A stretch of 64,000 bases of DNA from Octopus sinensis (GCF_006345805.1 NC_043014.1:48732001-48796000); one strand, 5' to 3'. Positions 26,533 to 39,211 are shown, numbered from the stretch's first letter. The notes: generated by a model from the sequence alone, not told the origin. Numbers and translations: made by a program.

Positions 26533-26788
26533 CACCTTTTATCAATTCAATAATGAAAAATTAAATTATACCATTTAGAAAAATTACATATAGAAAGATT
26601 AAATATAAGATAAAACATATAACGATGATTAAGTAATTTGCAAAATAATAAATAAAATGTATATATTTATTATTTTGCAAATTACTTAATCATTGCTATA
26701 TGTTTTATCTTATATTTAATCTTACTATAAGATGTAATTTTTCTGAATGGTATAATTTAATTTTTCATTATTGAATTGGTAAAAGGTG
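26533..26788. repeat. AT-rich palindrome of about 255 bp in PAK intron
   Basis: Arms caccttttatcaattc...gcaaaataataaata and its reverse complement; the family also occurs unpaired at about 18590-18815 and 29290-29510. Confidence 0.85.
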
Positions 26789-26791
26789 TTT

Positions 26792-26822
<31 letters not shown>

Positions 26823-27704
26823 TTGTTGATAACATGGTTTAAAAAAGTTGAAGGCTGCTCATGGACTTGAATGCACATCTGTAAATATGGTAGGGCTTCT
26901 ACCATTGGGCCAAAGCATTCCTTTGAAAATTTCTATCCATTTTAGAAGCTTCTACTTATTCCATCCAAGAGTTTGAATCTAATGTGGAATGCTCCAGTTC
27001 TCGTCCAATCACTGAAGTTAAGCAACTGGATCACAGCTAAACTGCAGTGAAGAAAACCAGTGCCACTCGTACAGAAAGTGGAGGCAAACAGCAGCTCAGT
27101 AAACTGAGGATATCCATGCAGGGATAAAGAAGAAATAAGAGAGGGAGAAATGGAGAGATATAGTGAGATAGGAAAGAGAAAAGAGAGAGGGAGAAAGGAG
27201 AGAGAGAGAAGAGAAAAGGAGAGAGAGAGAAGAGAAAAGGAGAAATAAAGAGGAGAGAGACAGGCAAAGAAGACAGAGGGGAGATCATCATCATCATCAT
27301 TTAACGTTTTCCGTGCTAGCACGGGTTGGATGGTTCGACCAGGGTCTGGGAAGCCAGGGGGCTGCACCAGGCTCCAGTCTGATCTGGCAGTGTTTCTACA
27401 GCTGGATGCCCTTCCTAACGCCAACCACTCCGTGAGTGTAGTGGGTGCTTTTTACATGCAACTGGCACAAGTGTGAGGGGAGGCTGGCAACAGCCATGAT
27501 CGGTTGGTGCTTTTTACGAGCCACCGGCACAGAAGCCAGTCAAGGCGGCGCTGGCATCGGCCACATTCGGATGGTGCTTTTTACGTGCCTCCGGCACAGG
27601 TATGGAAGAGAAAATGGAATAGAAAGGAGAGATAGAGAAAAAGGTAGAAAGAATGTGGAGAGAGAGAGAGAGAGAGATGAAATTAAATGTAAAAAAATAG
27701 TTAC

Positions 27705-28181
27705 CGTGAAACGACTTCTGGTGCCATCCAATAAGGGGTGCCGACCATAGTGTGCCGTTGGCTACTATTTTCAGCTAATTGAGCACAAAACCCAAAATCA
27801 GTGAGTTTTACTTGGCCGTCCAAACCGAGCAGGACATTGTCGCTTTTAATGTCTCTGTGAATAATATTTCGTTGATGAAGATAATCAAGTCCTCGTAGAC
27901 TTTCCCGACACACAGCAGCAATTTGACCTTCGTTCATAACTGTTTCCATTACGACATCAGTGAGGGCTCCACCATCCAGATATTCCATGACAACCCACAG
28001 GTTTTCTCCAACAAGATAACAATCCAGAAAGTTTACAAGATTTGGGTGACTGACTTCTTTCAGAACTTCAATTTCAGTAATAATTAATTCTTTCTTCGGC
28101 TGATTATGCAAATTCATCTTCTTTATAGCAACTATGCTGCCTGTATTTTTATCAGTTGCCTTAGAAACTGCTCCGGATGCC
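27705..28181 (-). CDS. PAK: PAK exon 5 (kinase subdomains I-VIII)
   Basis: ttcattag/gtaact; 477 nt; [21 protein letters not shown] and [14 protein letters not shown] are all intact. Confidence 0.97.
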
Positions 28182-30879
28182 CTAATGAACAAAGAGAAAG
28201 AGAGTGAAAAACAACAACTATATTTTTTTCAAATTACGGCACAAGGCCAGCAATTTTTAATGGGAGGGGGATGGTTGAGTTCATCAAACCCAGTACATGA
28301 CTGGTACTTACTTTGTCAACCTAGAAAAAAAAAATGACAGGCAAAATTGACCAGATGGGATTTTAACTCAGAGAATAAAGAACCAGTAAAAAATGCTAAG
28401 CCAGATCAGACTGGGCCTGATGCAGCCTTCTGGCTTCACAGACCCCAGTTGAACCGTCCAACCCATGCTAGCATGGAAAGCGGATGCTAAATGATGATGA
28501 TGATGATGTAGTCAAAACAAAATCCATCAAAAGATATTATCTTAAATCTTATCAGTTTTACTACACCATCACTGATAAACAGCAAAAAGCTAATGGCATG
28601 TAAGGCGTGCTTTATCAAATGTTTCCTGATATTTTAACTCGTTCTATTACTCCTCATAATATTTGCCAGTCATGCATAAGCAAAGTGCAAGTGTGGCTGA
28701 TGGGTTAAGAAGCTTGCTTTTCAACCACATGGTTCCGGGTTCAGTACCACTGCATGGCACCTTGGGAAAGTATCTTCTACAATAGCTCCAGGACAACCAA
28801 AGCCATGCAAGTGGATTTGGCAGACAGAAACTGATAGAAGCTTACGTTATAATGCATAAATCTCTTGGCATTTGAGTCACTCTGTAAATTATGTTGATTC
28901 ATCATCATCATCATCATTTAATGTCCGTCTTCCATGCTGGCATGGGTGGGATGGTTAGACAAGAGCTGACCAGGCAGAAGCCTGCACCAGACTTCTGTAA
29001 CTGTTTTGGAAGGATTTTTATAGCTGGATGCCCTTCCTAACACCAGCCACTCACCAGAGTGGACTAATACTAATATTATTGATAACAAAAAAATATATGT
29101 ACTCGTGTTTTGAGGTCTATTTTCAACCACATATATGCTTTGCGTATTTGTTGGTAGGCTACGATGTGGCATGGTGGAGAATACTGTCTCAAAGCGCTCG
29201 ATGTTAACACCCAATTGCAGCCTATCAGCAAATACAGTGAGAGTATATGCGGTTGATAATGTTTATTACACTAGTGCTGCTTCTAATTCCATATTTATTA
29301 TTTTGCAATTTACTTAATCATTGGTATATTATTGTTATTTTATTTTTAATATTTCTATTATATGTAATTTTCTAGATGGTGTAATTTAATTGTTCATTTT
29401 GAATTGATAAAAGGTGGGTTTTTTTTCTAATTTTTACTTATATATATATATATTATATTGTGTGAAATTTGATTTAGTTTTTCTAAACTGAATTTTTCCC
29501 TGTAAGTTAGGTCAACTGCCTTTCTTCCTTTCGGTATCAATAAATTAAGTACCAGGGTTGAGGAGATCGACTTTCCCCATCCCCCAAAATGTCAGGCCTT
29601 GTGCTTATAGTAGAAAGGATTATTATTATTATTACTACTACCATTCTGCTGCTCTTCACCCCTTTCTGTACTGTCAGTCACTACCTGCTCTTCCTTACCT
29701 GCCCCCCGAAATCATATGCATTATCAATGAGTCTTCCACTCCCTAACCCTACTCAATCTCTACAGTTATCACCTACTCTTCCCTGCTTTCCCCAAAGCGT
29801 ATTTTTCACTGACCACCCTTCAAACCTTGCTCTTCTCTCATTATATTCACAACCACACCCATCCCCATCTCCAACCATCCTGCACTCCCCCATACACTTC
29901 TGAAACCCCTACACACCCACACTCCCAATTCCTCCGTCTCCATGCCTTTTCGCCTTCTTGTACCTTGAGGGTCACTCTGTAGATTTAATTGATCAGAGCT
30001 AAACAACAACAAACATACAGAAAGAAACTTAAGAGAGAGACAGAGAGTGAGAACTAATTGCATCACATGCAATCAGCTGTTACATGTGTCAGACTGTACA
30101 ATATAATCCACAACGGGATTGTGGAGATAAGGCATTATCTAAGTTATGGATTTTATATGGGTTCATATTTATTTATTTTTTCTTTTGTTCCTTCTCGAGC
30201 CATGTCTGGCTCATAAGGGCCGGTTTCCCGGTTTCCTTGGCATATAGGTTCCCCACCTGGACGGGACGCCGGTCTGTCGCAGGTGAGCTGCTTGATGCAG
30301 GAGGAAAGAGTAAGAGAAAGTTGTGGTGAAAAAGTCAGCAGAGGTTCACCATTATCTTCTACCGGAGCCGCGTGGCGCTTAGGTGTTTCGCTCATAAACA
30401 CACACATTGCCCAGTCTGAGATTCGAACCCACGATCCCTCGACCGCTGCTCTAACCACTAGGCCATGTGCCTCCACATATGGGTTCATACATCATCATCG
30501 TCATCATTTACCATCTGTCTTCTATGCTGCTATGGTTTGGAGATGTCTGGACAGGAGCTGGCAAGCCAGAGGGCTGCATCAAATGCCAGTGTCTGCTTTG
30601 GCATGGTTTCTACAGCAGGATGCCCTCCCTAACACCAACCCTTTTACAGAGTATATTGTGTGCTTTTTTACATGGTGTCAGCAGCAGTAAGTAATCACCA
30701 AGTAATTCACAAGACAAGACTCCCTTAACTGATGGAATGGGGAGCGAGCTTGAGGAAGGAGGCTTTATGTCCAGATCGGGGACAGGTGTCTTGCTGTAGG
30801 GAAGATGCATGGTTACTTACTTAATCCATAAATCTATTGCCTACAATCTATTGATCTTATACAGTCAGGATTGGCGGTG

Positions 30880-31078
30880 GCTGCTGCTGCCACCACTACT
30901 GCTGCTGCTGCCAATACTACTGCTACTACTACTACTGCTACTACTGCTACTACTACTGCTGCTGCAGCTACTACTACTACTGCTACTACTTCTGCTGCTG
31001 CTGCTACTACTACTACTGCTGCTGCTGCTGCTACTACTGCTGCTGCTACTACTACTACTACTACTACTGCTGCTGCAA
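30880..31078. repeat. (CTA/CTG/GCT)n trinucleotide tract in PAK intron 4
   Basis: About 200 bp starting about 28 nt into the intron from the exon-4 donor. Confidence 0.95.
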
Positions 31079-31106
31079 GTAATAAAGTAAATCAATGTTT
31101 ACATAC

Positions 31107-31170
31107 CCGGCACCCAAGTCAACTCCAAGGGTATATTTTTCCTCAGGATTATCCGAGTTCACTAAAGCTT
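31107..31170 (-). CDS. PAK: PAK exon 4 (kinase start, Gly-rich loop)
   Basis: cattgcag/gtatgt; 64 nt, (E)ALVNSDNPEEKYTLGVDLGA(G); phase 1 to 2 closes the frame between exons 3 and 5. Confidence 0.9.
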
Positions 31171-31534
31171 CTGCAATGAAAATATTCAAAATAATTATAA
31201 AAATTTGTCATGCACCCGTGCTCTGCATATTATAAGCTCATTATTATTATTTTACTTTTTACCTTTATTGTTATTTTATTTATATATGTTATTAAAGACG
31301 ACTCTGAACAGGAAGAGAAACAAATATTTCAGTAAGGCTTAGTGTTAATTCTATAAACAAGCTATCATGTCAGTTAATAAATTTATCACAGTGCAACACA
31401 CACAGTCAGAAAGTTACACACAGAAACTCCTACACATGTACACACAAACACACACACACAATACATTTGCTAGATTCAATCTGTTGCTAGTTTAACAGCT
31501 TTACATGTGGCAGAGATAAAAGTTCTATCAACAA

Positions 31535-31697
31535 GACGCAGGAGTGGCTGTGTGGTAAGTAGCTTGCTTACCAACCACATGGTTCCAGGTTCAGTCCCAC
31601 AGCGTTGCACCTTGGGCAAGTGTCTTCTACTATAGCCTCGGGCTGACCAAAGCCTTGTGAGTGGATTTGGTAGACGGAAACTGAAAGAAGCCCGTCG

Positions 31698-31731
<34 letters not shown>

Positions 31732-31947
31732 AGTATGTTTGTGTATCTGTGTTTGTCCCCCTAGCATTGCTTGACAACCGATGCTGGTGTGTTTATGTCC
31801 CCGTTACTTAGCGGTTCGGCAAAAGAGACCGATAGAATAAGTACTGGGCTTACAAAGAATAAGTCCCGGGGTCGATTTGCTCGACTAAAGGCGGTGCTCC
31901 AGCATGGCCGCAGTCAAATGACTGAAACAAGTAAAAGAGTAAAGAGT
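31535..31947 (+). mobile_element. tRNA-derived SINE family A, full length (representative)
   Basis: A-box tggctgtgtgg, B-box-like ggttcagtccc, central ccaaagccttgtgagtggatttggtagacggaaactgaaagaagccc (MetaSINE-like domain, from recall), (AAGAGT)n tail; other copies at 33924-34323(+), 14966-15555(-), 47752-48148(-) and many partials. Confidence 0.8.
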
Positions 31948-32209
31948 ATTCGAGCGAGGTTGTCACCAGTGCCGCTGGACTGGCTCCTGTACTTGTGGCA
32001 CATAAAAAAAGCACCATTTGAGCGTGGCCGTTGCCAGTACCACCAAACTGTTCCTCGTGCTGACTATGCAGCTGAGAAGCTTGCTTCCCAATCAAGTAGT
32101 TTCAAGTTCAGTCCCACTGTGTGGCATCATGTGAAAGTGTCTTCTACTGTAGCTCCAGGCTGACCACAGCATTGTAGGTAGATTTGGTAGATGGAAACTG
32201 AAGCCTACC

Positions 32210-32790
32210 ATGTGTGCTTGAGTGTTTGTGTGTGAGCGTGTGTGCATGTGTGTGTGTGTATGTATGTGTGTGTATGTATGTTTGTGTGTGTATGTGTGTG
32301 TATGTGTGTGTGTGTATGTATGTGTGTATGTATGTGTGTGTGTATGTATGTGTGTGTGTATGTATGTGTGTGTGTATGTATGTGTGTGTGTATGTGTGTG
32401 TATGTGTGTGTGTGTATGTATGTGTGTATGTATGTGTGTGTGTATGTGTGTGTATGTATGTATATGTGTATGTATGTTTGTGTGTATGTATGTTTGTGTG
32501 TGTATGTGTGTATGTATGTATGTGTGTATGTATATGTGTGTATGTATGTTTGTGTGTATGTATGTGTGTGTGTATGTGTGTATGTGTGTATATGTGTGTA
32601 TGTATGTGTGTGTGTGTATGTGTGTGTATGTATGTGTGTGTGTATGTATGTGTGTGTGTGTATGTGTGTGTGTATGTATATGTGTGTATGTGTGTGTATG
32701 TATATGTGTGTATGTATGTGTGTGTGTGTGTGTGTGTATGTATGTGTGTATGTATGTATATGTGTGTGTGTATATATGTGTGTGTGTTCT
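32210..32790. repeat. (TG)n/(TATG)n compound microsatellite
   Basis: About 580 bp of low-complexity sequence. Confidence 0.95.
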
Positions 32791-33084
32791 TGGCTTGACA
32801 TCACATAACTGTAAAAACCACCATCACTGTCACAAATGATGTTTGCAGTCTTCTGTGACAAGCATGTCTGGCCAAGGGGAAAACATCAACTTGCATTGAA
32901 ACCGGTGAGGGTTGGCAACAGGAATGGAATTTGGGGCTGTTGAAAATCTGTCTCAACAAATTCCATCAGACCCATGCAAGGAGAGAAAAGTGAACATTAA
33001 AATGATGAAGACACACACATACACACACACACCAAAAAAGAGAAGTGGGGACCATTGATACAACGTCCTTTAAAGATTATTTAC

Positions 33085-33232
33085 CAAGTGCTTTCCGGAC
33101 TTCTTCATCAGACATGGTCTTTGTACGATCCTCTTTCTTCCGTCGGGTTATGACATCTTCCTCATTGCTATGTTTGACCCTTTCTTCAACGACCCCATCA
33201 AAAACATCATTACCCTTTTGTGCCTGTGCGTC
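33085..33232 (-). CDS. PAK: PAK exon 3 (linker)
   Basis: gattccag/gtaaat; 148 nt, DAQAQKGNDVFDGVVEERVKHSNEEDVITRRKKEDRTKTMSDEEVRKAL; MSDEE matches the PAK pre-kinase helix. Confidence 0.88.
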
Positions 33233-33354
33233 CTGGAATCAAAAATGGTACAATGAAAGCTATACCAGAATAATCATTAAACACAAAATTCCACAAGCAG
33301 ATATGGTCGAATCATAGTGTTGGGTTTAGAACCATTATTAGATGGATGTCAGTG

Positions 33355-33420
<66 letters not shown>

Positions 33421-34673
33421 GAGAAGAGGGTTGTAGATATAAATAGGGCAGCAATAGATATCAATAGAATAGAAATCAAAATCAAATTCGATGACTGGCA
33501 TCTGTGCTAGTGGGGTGCAAAGAGCACCATACGAGTGTGATCATTGACAGAGCGGCTGACCGGCTTCCATGCCAGTGGCACTTAAAAGGGACCATTCAAG
33601 TGTGATCTTTGCCAGTGTCGCCTTGCTGGCACTCGGGCCCCGTGCTAGTGGGGTTTGGTAAACATCATATATATATATATATATAATCATTATAGATACA
33701 GGGTAAAAAATTATTAATTTAATAAATTAACAAATTTTACCAAGTAGTTTTCGGTATGGAAAAGAACCATATTCGGTAAAAACTTATACAAAAAGTTTTT
33801 TTAATATATAATTATAACAATAATTAAGGGTTTAGCAACGAGTTGCTTCACCACATACCGAAAATATTAGAAATAGCAGCCAAAAAACCACTATTTCTTT
33901 TTCCAACAAAATATGTTATCTGTGGCGTAGGAGTGGCTGTGTGGTAAGTAGCTTGCTTACCAACCACATGGTTCCGGGTTCAGTCCCACTGCGTGGCACC
34001 TTGGGCAGGTGTCTTCTACTATAGCCTCGGGCCGACCAAAGCCTTGTGAGTGGATTTGGTAGACGGAAACTGAAAGAAGCCTGTCGTATATATGTATATA
34101 TATATGTTTGTGTGTCTGTGTTTGTCCCCCCAACATCGCTTGACAACCGATGCTGGTGTGTTTACGTCCCTGTAACTTAGCGGCTCGGCAAAAGAGACCG
34201 ATAGAATAAGTACTAGGCTTACAAAGAATAAGTCCTGGGGTCGATTTTCTCGACTAAAGGCGGTGCTCCAGCATGGCCACAGTCAAATGACTGAAACAAA
34301 TAAAAGTGTAAAAGAGTAAAGAGTGTGGAGACATATTTTGTAGGAAAAAGAAATAGCGGTCTTTTGGCTGCTATTTCTAATATTTTCGGTATGGGGTGAA
34401 GCAACTCGATGCTAAACCCTTAAGTATTGTTATATATATATATATATATATATGGTTGTTATGTTGCTTTGATAACATAATAGGTTGGCTAGGATGACGT
34501 CTATATTACAATATTACAATAAACAATAATATGTTGTGCATGTATAGTAATATTACTATCATGAAATTAGCATTAGCTTATTTCACTCTTTCTTGTGGAA
34601 CCCCTAGGAACCTTTTGCGGAACCCTAGGGTTCTGGGGAACCCGGGTTGAGAAACACTGGTTTATATATTTAC

Positions 34674-34842
34674 CTCTTTACTACAATCGTCCGGTGAAAT
34701 ATTATCAATCTCATCATCTGACTGTCTGATGTTTGACGCCACCACCATAATCTTTATATCTGAAGGTTTCCGCTTAATAGATTTCTGGAACGTTTTTAGT
34801 GCTGTTATTACAGTTTCTGGATTTTCTTCCTGTTCTTTGGTC
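34674..34842 (-). CDS. PAK: PAK exon 2 (end of autoinhibitory domain and linker)
   Basis: ttcttcag/gtaaat; 169 nt, TKEQEENPETVITALKTFQKSIKRKPSDIK...DDCSKE; phases join exon 1 (2) to exon 3 (0). Confidence 0.88.
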
Positions 34843-35315
34843 CTGAAGAAAAAAAAAAGAAATAAGCAAATTAAGTCATTTGGTTTCCACCCAAATAAAT
34901 TGCAAGTGACATTACCAAAAATCAATATTACAAATTTTTCCGCGTCTATTTGATTCAATGACTCACTTCTGAGCTGCAGAGAGACCCTCTCTATGTGGTC
35001 ATTTGATTCACTAAAAACAGCAGCCAAATCTCCAACAAATAACACTTTAATATAATAAAAAGGGAAGGTTTCAGTGGCGTAGAAATTCCCCACCTGGATG
35101 GGACGCCGGTCCGGCGCAGGATTACTCATTTTTGCCAGCTGAGTGGAACTGGAGCAATGTGAAAATGAAGTGTCTTGCCCAAGAACACAATGCATCGCCT
35201 GGTCCAGGAATCGAAACCACAACCATACGATCATGAGTTCAACACCCTAACCACTAAGCCATGTGCCTCCACTGAGTAGTATTGTGCTTGTTGATGAGAG
35301 ATTAAAGGTATAGAT

Positions 35316-35534
35316 CAGTGCTTTTCAAACTTTTTGCCGGAGCAGAACCCCAAGGAAACATTCCACTGGCTCGAGGAACCCCTGTGCAATAATTTAATAG
35401 CCTTATGCACACATATCTGCACAGGAGAATTAAAAATTACTGCCGATTTTAGCAGTTTTGTAACTTCTTGCGGAACCCCTGGACTGTACTGGCGGAACCT
35501 TAAGGTTCCGCAGAACCCTGGTTGAAAACCACTG
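35316..35534. mobile_element. hAT-type MITE in PAK intron
   Basis: TIRs cagtgcttttcaa / ttgaaaaccactg; 8-bp TSD gtatagat / gtatagag (7 of 8 match); related 3' end at about 34597-34659. Confidence 0.8.
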
Positions 35535-35650
35535 GTATAGAGGGACAGGGAAAGGTGCCTTACATGGATAGCCCCAGTCAGAAAAGAAAGGAAGGCGATA
35601 CAGAACCAGGAAGAACGTAATGAGAATGTTAAAGAGGAAGAAAAACTTAC

Positions 35651-35820
35651 GTGATTTCAGATTTGTTGAGAAGAGCCTGCCATGTTGGTGGCATTCCCAC
35701 AAACATTTTGGTGTCATTATCAAACCCAACATGGAAATTTTGTTTGACATTATACGGAGATGAAATCGCCATTGGTTTTTCAACCTCAACCAATGATGGC
35801 TTCTTGAATCGTAAAAACAT
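35651..35820 (-). CDS. PAK: p21-activated kinase (group I, invertebrate Pak3-type), first coding exon with CRIB/PBD
   Basis: GCAAAA-ATG start (acceptor 26 nt upstream, exon begins 35846); MFLRFKKPSLVEVEKPMAISSPYNVKQNFHVGFDNDTKMFVGMPPTWQALLNKSEI(T); donor AC|gtaagt. Confidence 0.88.
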
Positions 35821-36659
35821 TTTTGCAGCAACGTGTACCAAGAACTCTGAAAATAAATAAAATAAAATAAAATAAAATAAAATAAAGAACAATGAAAACC
35901 AGCTGAAAGTGCAAAAAATAATCTTACTGAAAAAAGTAAAATAACATGAGCAGATAACTGTGTTTGACTCAATCTGCCTTGTGGATAAATAGGTAGCAAC
36001 AGCAAAGAAGTGAAGAGAGACCCAAATATACCTATTTCTTTACTACCCACAAGGGGCTAAACACAGAGAGGACAAACAAGGACAGACAAACGGATTAAGT
36101 CGATTATATCGACCCCAGTGCGTAACTGGTACTTATTTAATTGACCCCGAAAGGATGAAAGGCAAAGTCGACCTCAGTGGAATTTGAACTCAGAATGTAA
36201 AGATAGGCGAAATACCTATTTCTTTACTACCCACAAGGGGCTAAACACAGAGAGGACAAACAAGGACAGACAAACGGATTAAGTCAATTATATCGACCCC
36301 AGTGCGTAACTGGTACTTATTTAATCGACTCTGAAAGGATGAAAGGCAAAATCGACCTCGGCAGAATTTGAACTCAGAATGTAGCAGCAGACGAAATACT
36401 GCTTAGCATTTCGCCTGGCATGCTAACGTTTCTGCCAGCTCACCGCCTTAATAATATATATATATATATATATATAAAATGTGACCACGAATGTATCGTT
36501 GGCGATTTTCTTTCCTCCATCTTCCCTTCTATGTTTCCGACGAAGAGCTCCACTCAAAACGTTAAACCCTCCTTCTTTCCTGAGCGTCCAATAATACTAT
36601 AGTTGTCCCACGTCCTCGCGTTGTTGTTTTTTTTTGTGCTTTCATGTTTGGATTAACTT

Positions 36660-36661
<2 letters not shown>

Positions 36662-36700
<39 letters not shown>

Positions 36701-37308
36701 ATCATACATCCATATGTACATATGACAGGCTTCTTTCAGTTTCCATCTACCAAATCCACTCACAAGGCTTTGGTCAGCCCAGGACTGTGCTGCGCTGTTG
36801 AGTGAACCCACATTGTCGGGATGCAAGATTGTTAACCACAAAACCATGCCTACACCCACAACACAAGTTTAGAAATGGTTTAGAGTAAAGGGTGGGGGGT
36901 AGGAGTAGTACTGGTAGCAGGGAGATATAAAAGGGGTTGTCTTCAACACCAATAATGTCCCCTACTAATTTCAAAGACTCTCACAGACATGATGTCAGGA
37001 CAATAAATATTGTTAAAAGTCCAATTTAAACAACATAACTATTGTTTTTGCTATTTAGCCCCAGGTCAGTCCTGATCAGGTAGGATTTTTTTTTATCAGA
37101 TATGTTAGACTTTCAACGATCCCATCTTAATTCTTAGTGTAGTTCAACTATGACATAACACAATATGTCCCCCCTCCACACCATTTTTCACTGTTATTTC
37201 TAGCAAAGTTAAGCTTCTTTCTTAGGCAGCCAGAACTTAATTTTTAAGGAAAAAAAAAAAAAGTTGGGACTGTAGGCTGAGCTAAATGGGTGTCAAGTAC
37301 AGCATGAG

Positions 37309-37360
<52 letters not shown>

Positions 37361-37969
37361 ATCATACATCCATATGTACATATGACAGGCTTCTTTCAGT
37401 TTCCATCTACCAAATCCACTCACAAGGCTTTGGTCAGCCCAGGACTGTGCTGCGCTGTTGAGTGAACCCACAATGTCGGGATGCAAGATTGTTAACCACA
37501 AAACCATGCCTACACCCACAACACAAGTTTAGAAATGGTTTAGAGTAAAGGGTGGGGGGTAGGAGTAGTACTGGTAGCAGGGAGATATAAAAGGGGTTGT
37601 CTTCAACACCAATAATGTCCCCTACTAATTTCAAAGACTCTCACAGACATGATGTCAGGACAATAAATATTGTTAAAAGTCCAATTTAAACAACATAACT
37701 ATTGTTTTTGCTATTTAGCCCCAGGTCAGTCCTGATCAGGTAGGATTTTTTTTTATCAGATATGTTAGACTTTCAACGATCCCATCTTAATTCTTAGTGT
37801 AGTTCAACTATGACATAACACAATATGTCCCCCCTCCACACCATTTTTCACTGTTATTTCTAGCAAAGTTAAGCTTCTTTCTTAGGCAGCCAGAACTTAA
37901 TTTTTAAGGAAAAAAAAAAAAAAGTTGGGACTGTAGGCTGAGCTAAATGGGTGTCAAGTACAGCATGAG

Positions 37970-37981
<12 letters not shown>
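36662..37981. repeat. Near-identical 660-bp tandem duplication
   Basis: Offset 660 nt; one substitution (cacattgtc/cacaatgtc) and one homopolymer difference seen; junctions in (TA)n. Confidence 0.9.
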
Positions 37982-38015
<34 letters not shown>

Positions 38016-39211
38016 ATTATTTATATATATATATAAGTAGTTAGAAATGAGGAGGAGGAATAGAAAACAGAAGCAAGATTTTGATTGGATGATAAATATA
38101 ATAATTAAAAATAAACTGCAAACTGTCTCACTGATCAAGTGTTACACACACACACACACAGTAGAACTATGTTACAGTAAGATCATTTTTCCTTTTGAAA
38201 AGCTGATCAAATAGCAGAGACAATAGACTTATGTCCCTTTAACCCTTTAGCATTCAGATTACTATGTCAAATGTAATTTGACAGAGTAATTATTCATTCA
38301 CATTGTTTTGAAACGGTCATGCACTATCTCATAGCTTTGAGAGGCTGGATCTGGCTGGTTTGAACACAAAACAGGTAGAATATTTTTTCGTAGAATATAG
38401 CTGGTTTAAATGCTAAAGGGTCGAGTTCTCAATCCCCATCTTGTTGATCAACTTCACCAGAGTCGTTTTACAGTATTAGAAAGTCAGCATAGTTTTAGCA
38501 CTTGAAAAATGACCTACTCAATATCTTTGCATACTCACCACTTGTACTAAATCATCCTCATATATTAATCTTTCTATCAGATTTATATTTAAATGTTAAA
38601 TGATTAATAATTTATAAACCTCCGTGTAGCCACATCTACTGTGCAACCGAGACATTAAAAAACAAAGGCCTCAATTGTTTTGAATAAGTGGTAATATAAA
38701 ACTTGGAATAAAAAAAACAACAACATTGAAAATCCCAATTCTTCCATTATTTATTACTAAGGTGGCAAGCTGGTGGACTCATTAGCATGCTGGACAAAAC
38801 GCATTTCTTCAGGATCCTTATATCCTGAGTTCAAACCCAGCTGAGGTCAACTTTGCCTTTTTTTACTTTCAGGCTTGGTGGACTAAAGTACCAGTCAAAT
38901 ACTGGGATTCATATAACTGACTTGGCCCTGCCCTTGAAATTTCAGACCTTGTGCCTATAGCAGAAAGAGTTAATATTATTAAATCACCATCATCGACAAC
39001 CCTTAGGTTTGTATACACAGTCACAGAAGACATTTTCAAAAAATCAATATACATTATAGATGTAAACATGGCTGTGTGGTAAGAAGTTTGCTTTCAAACC
39101 AGAGGGCTCCAGGTTCAGTCCTACAGCATGGCACTTTGGGTAAGTGTCACGTGTAGCCTCAGGCCAACCAAAGCCTTGTGAGTGAATTTGGAAGATAAAA
39201 CTGAAAGAAGC

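Noticed and set aside
30809-31179. Poly-Leu, poly-Ser and poly-Thr/Ala ORFs
   Set aside because: Trinucleotide repeat inside a PAK intron; the real exon is 31107-31170
32205-32861. Long His/Thr- or Cys/Val-rich ORFs (also 14.1, 19.0 and 49.8 kb)
   Set aside because: Translations of (CA)/(TG)/(TA) microsatellites with open frames on both strands
33735-33781. Three-way-junction motif ttttacc-GAATATGG..CCATA-CC-GAAA-ACTACTT-ggtaaaa (minus strand) as a hammerhead
   Set aside because: Lacks the CUGANGA core, and stem III does not pair in this copy
35430-36050. 206-aa ORF (and 34662-35234) as standalone genes
   Set aside because: They overlap real PAK exons (35430-36050 in a different frame) and run through SINE/MITE and intron sequence
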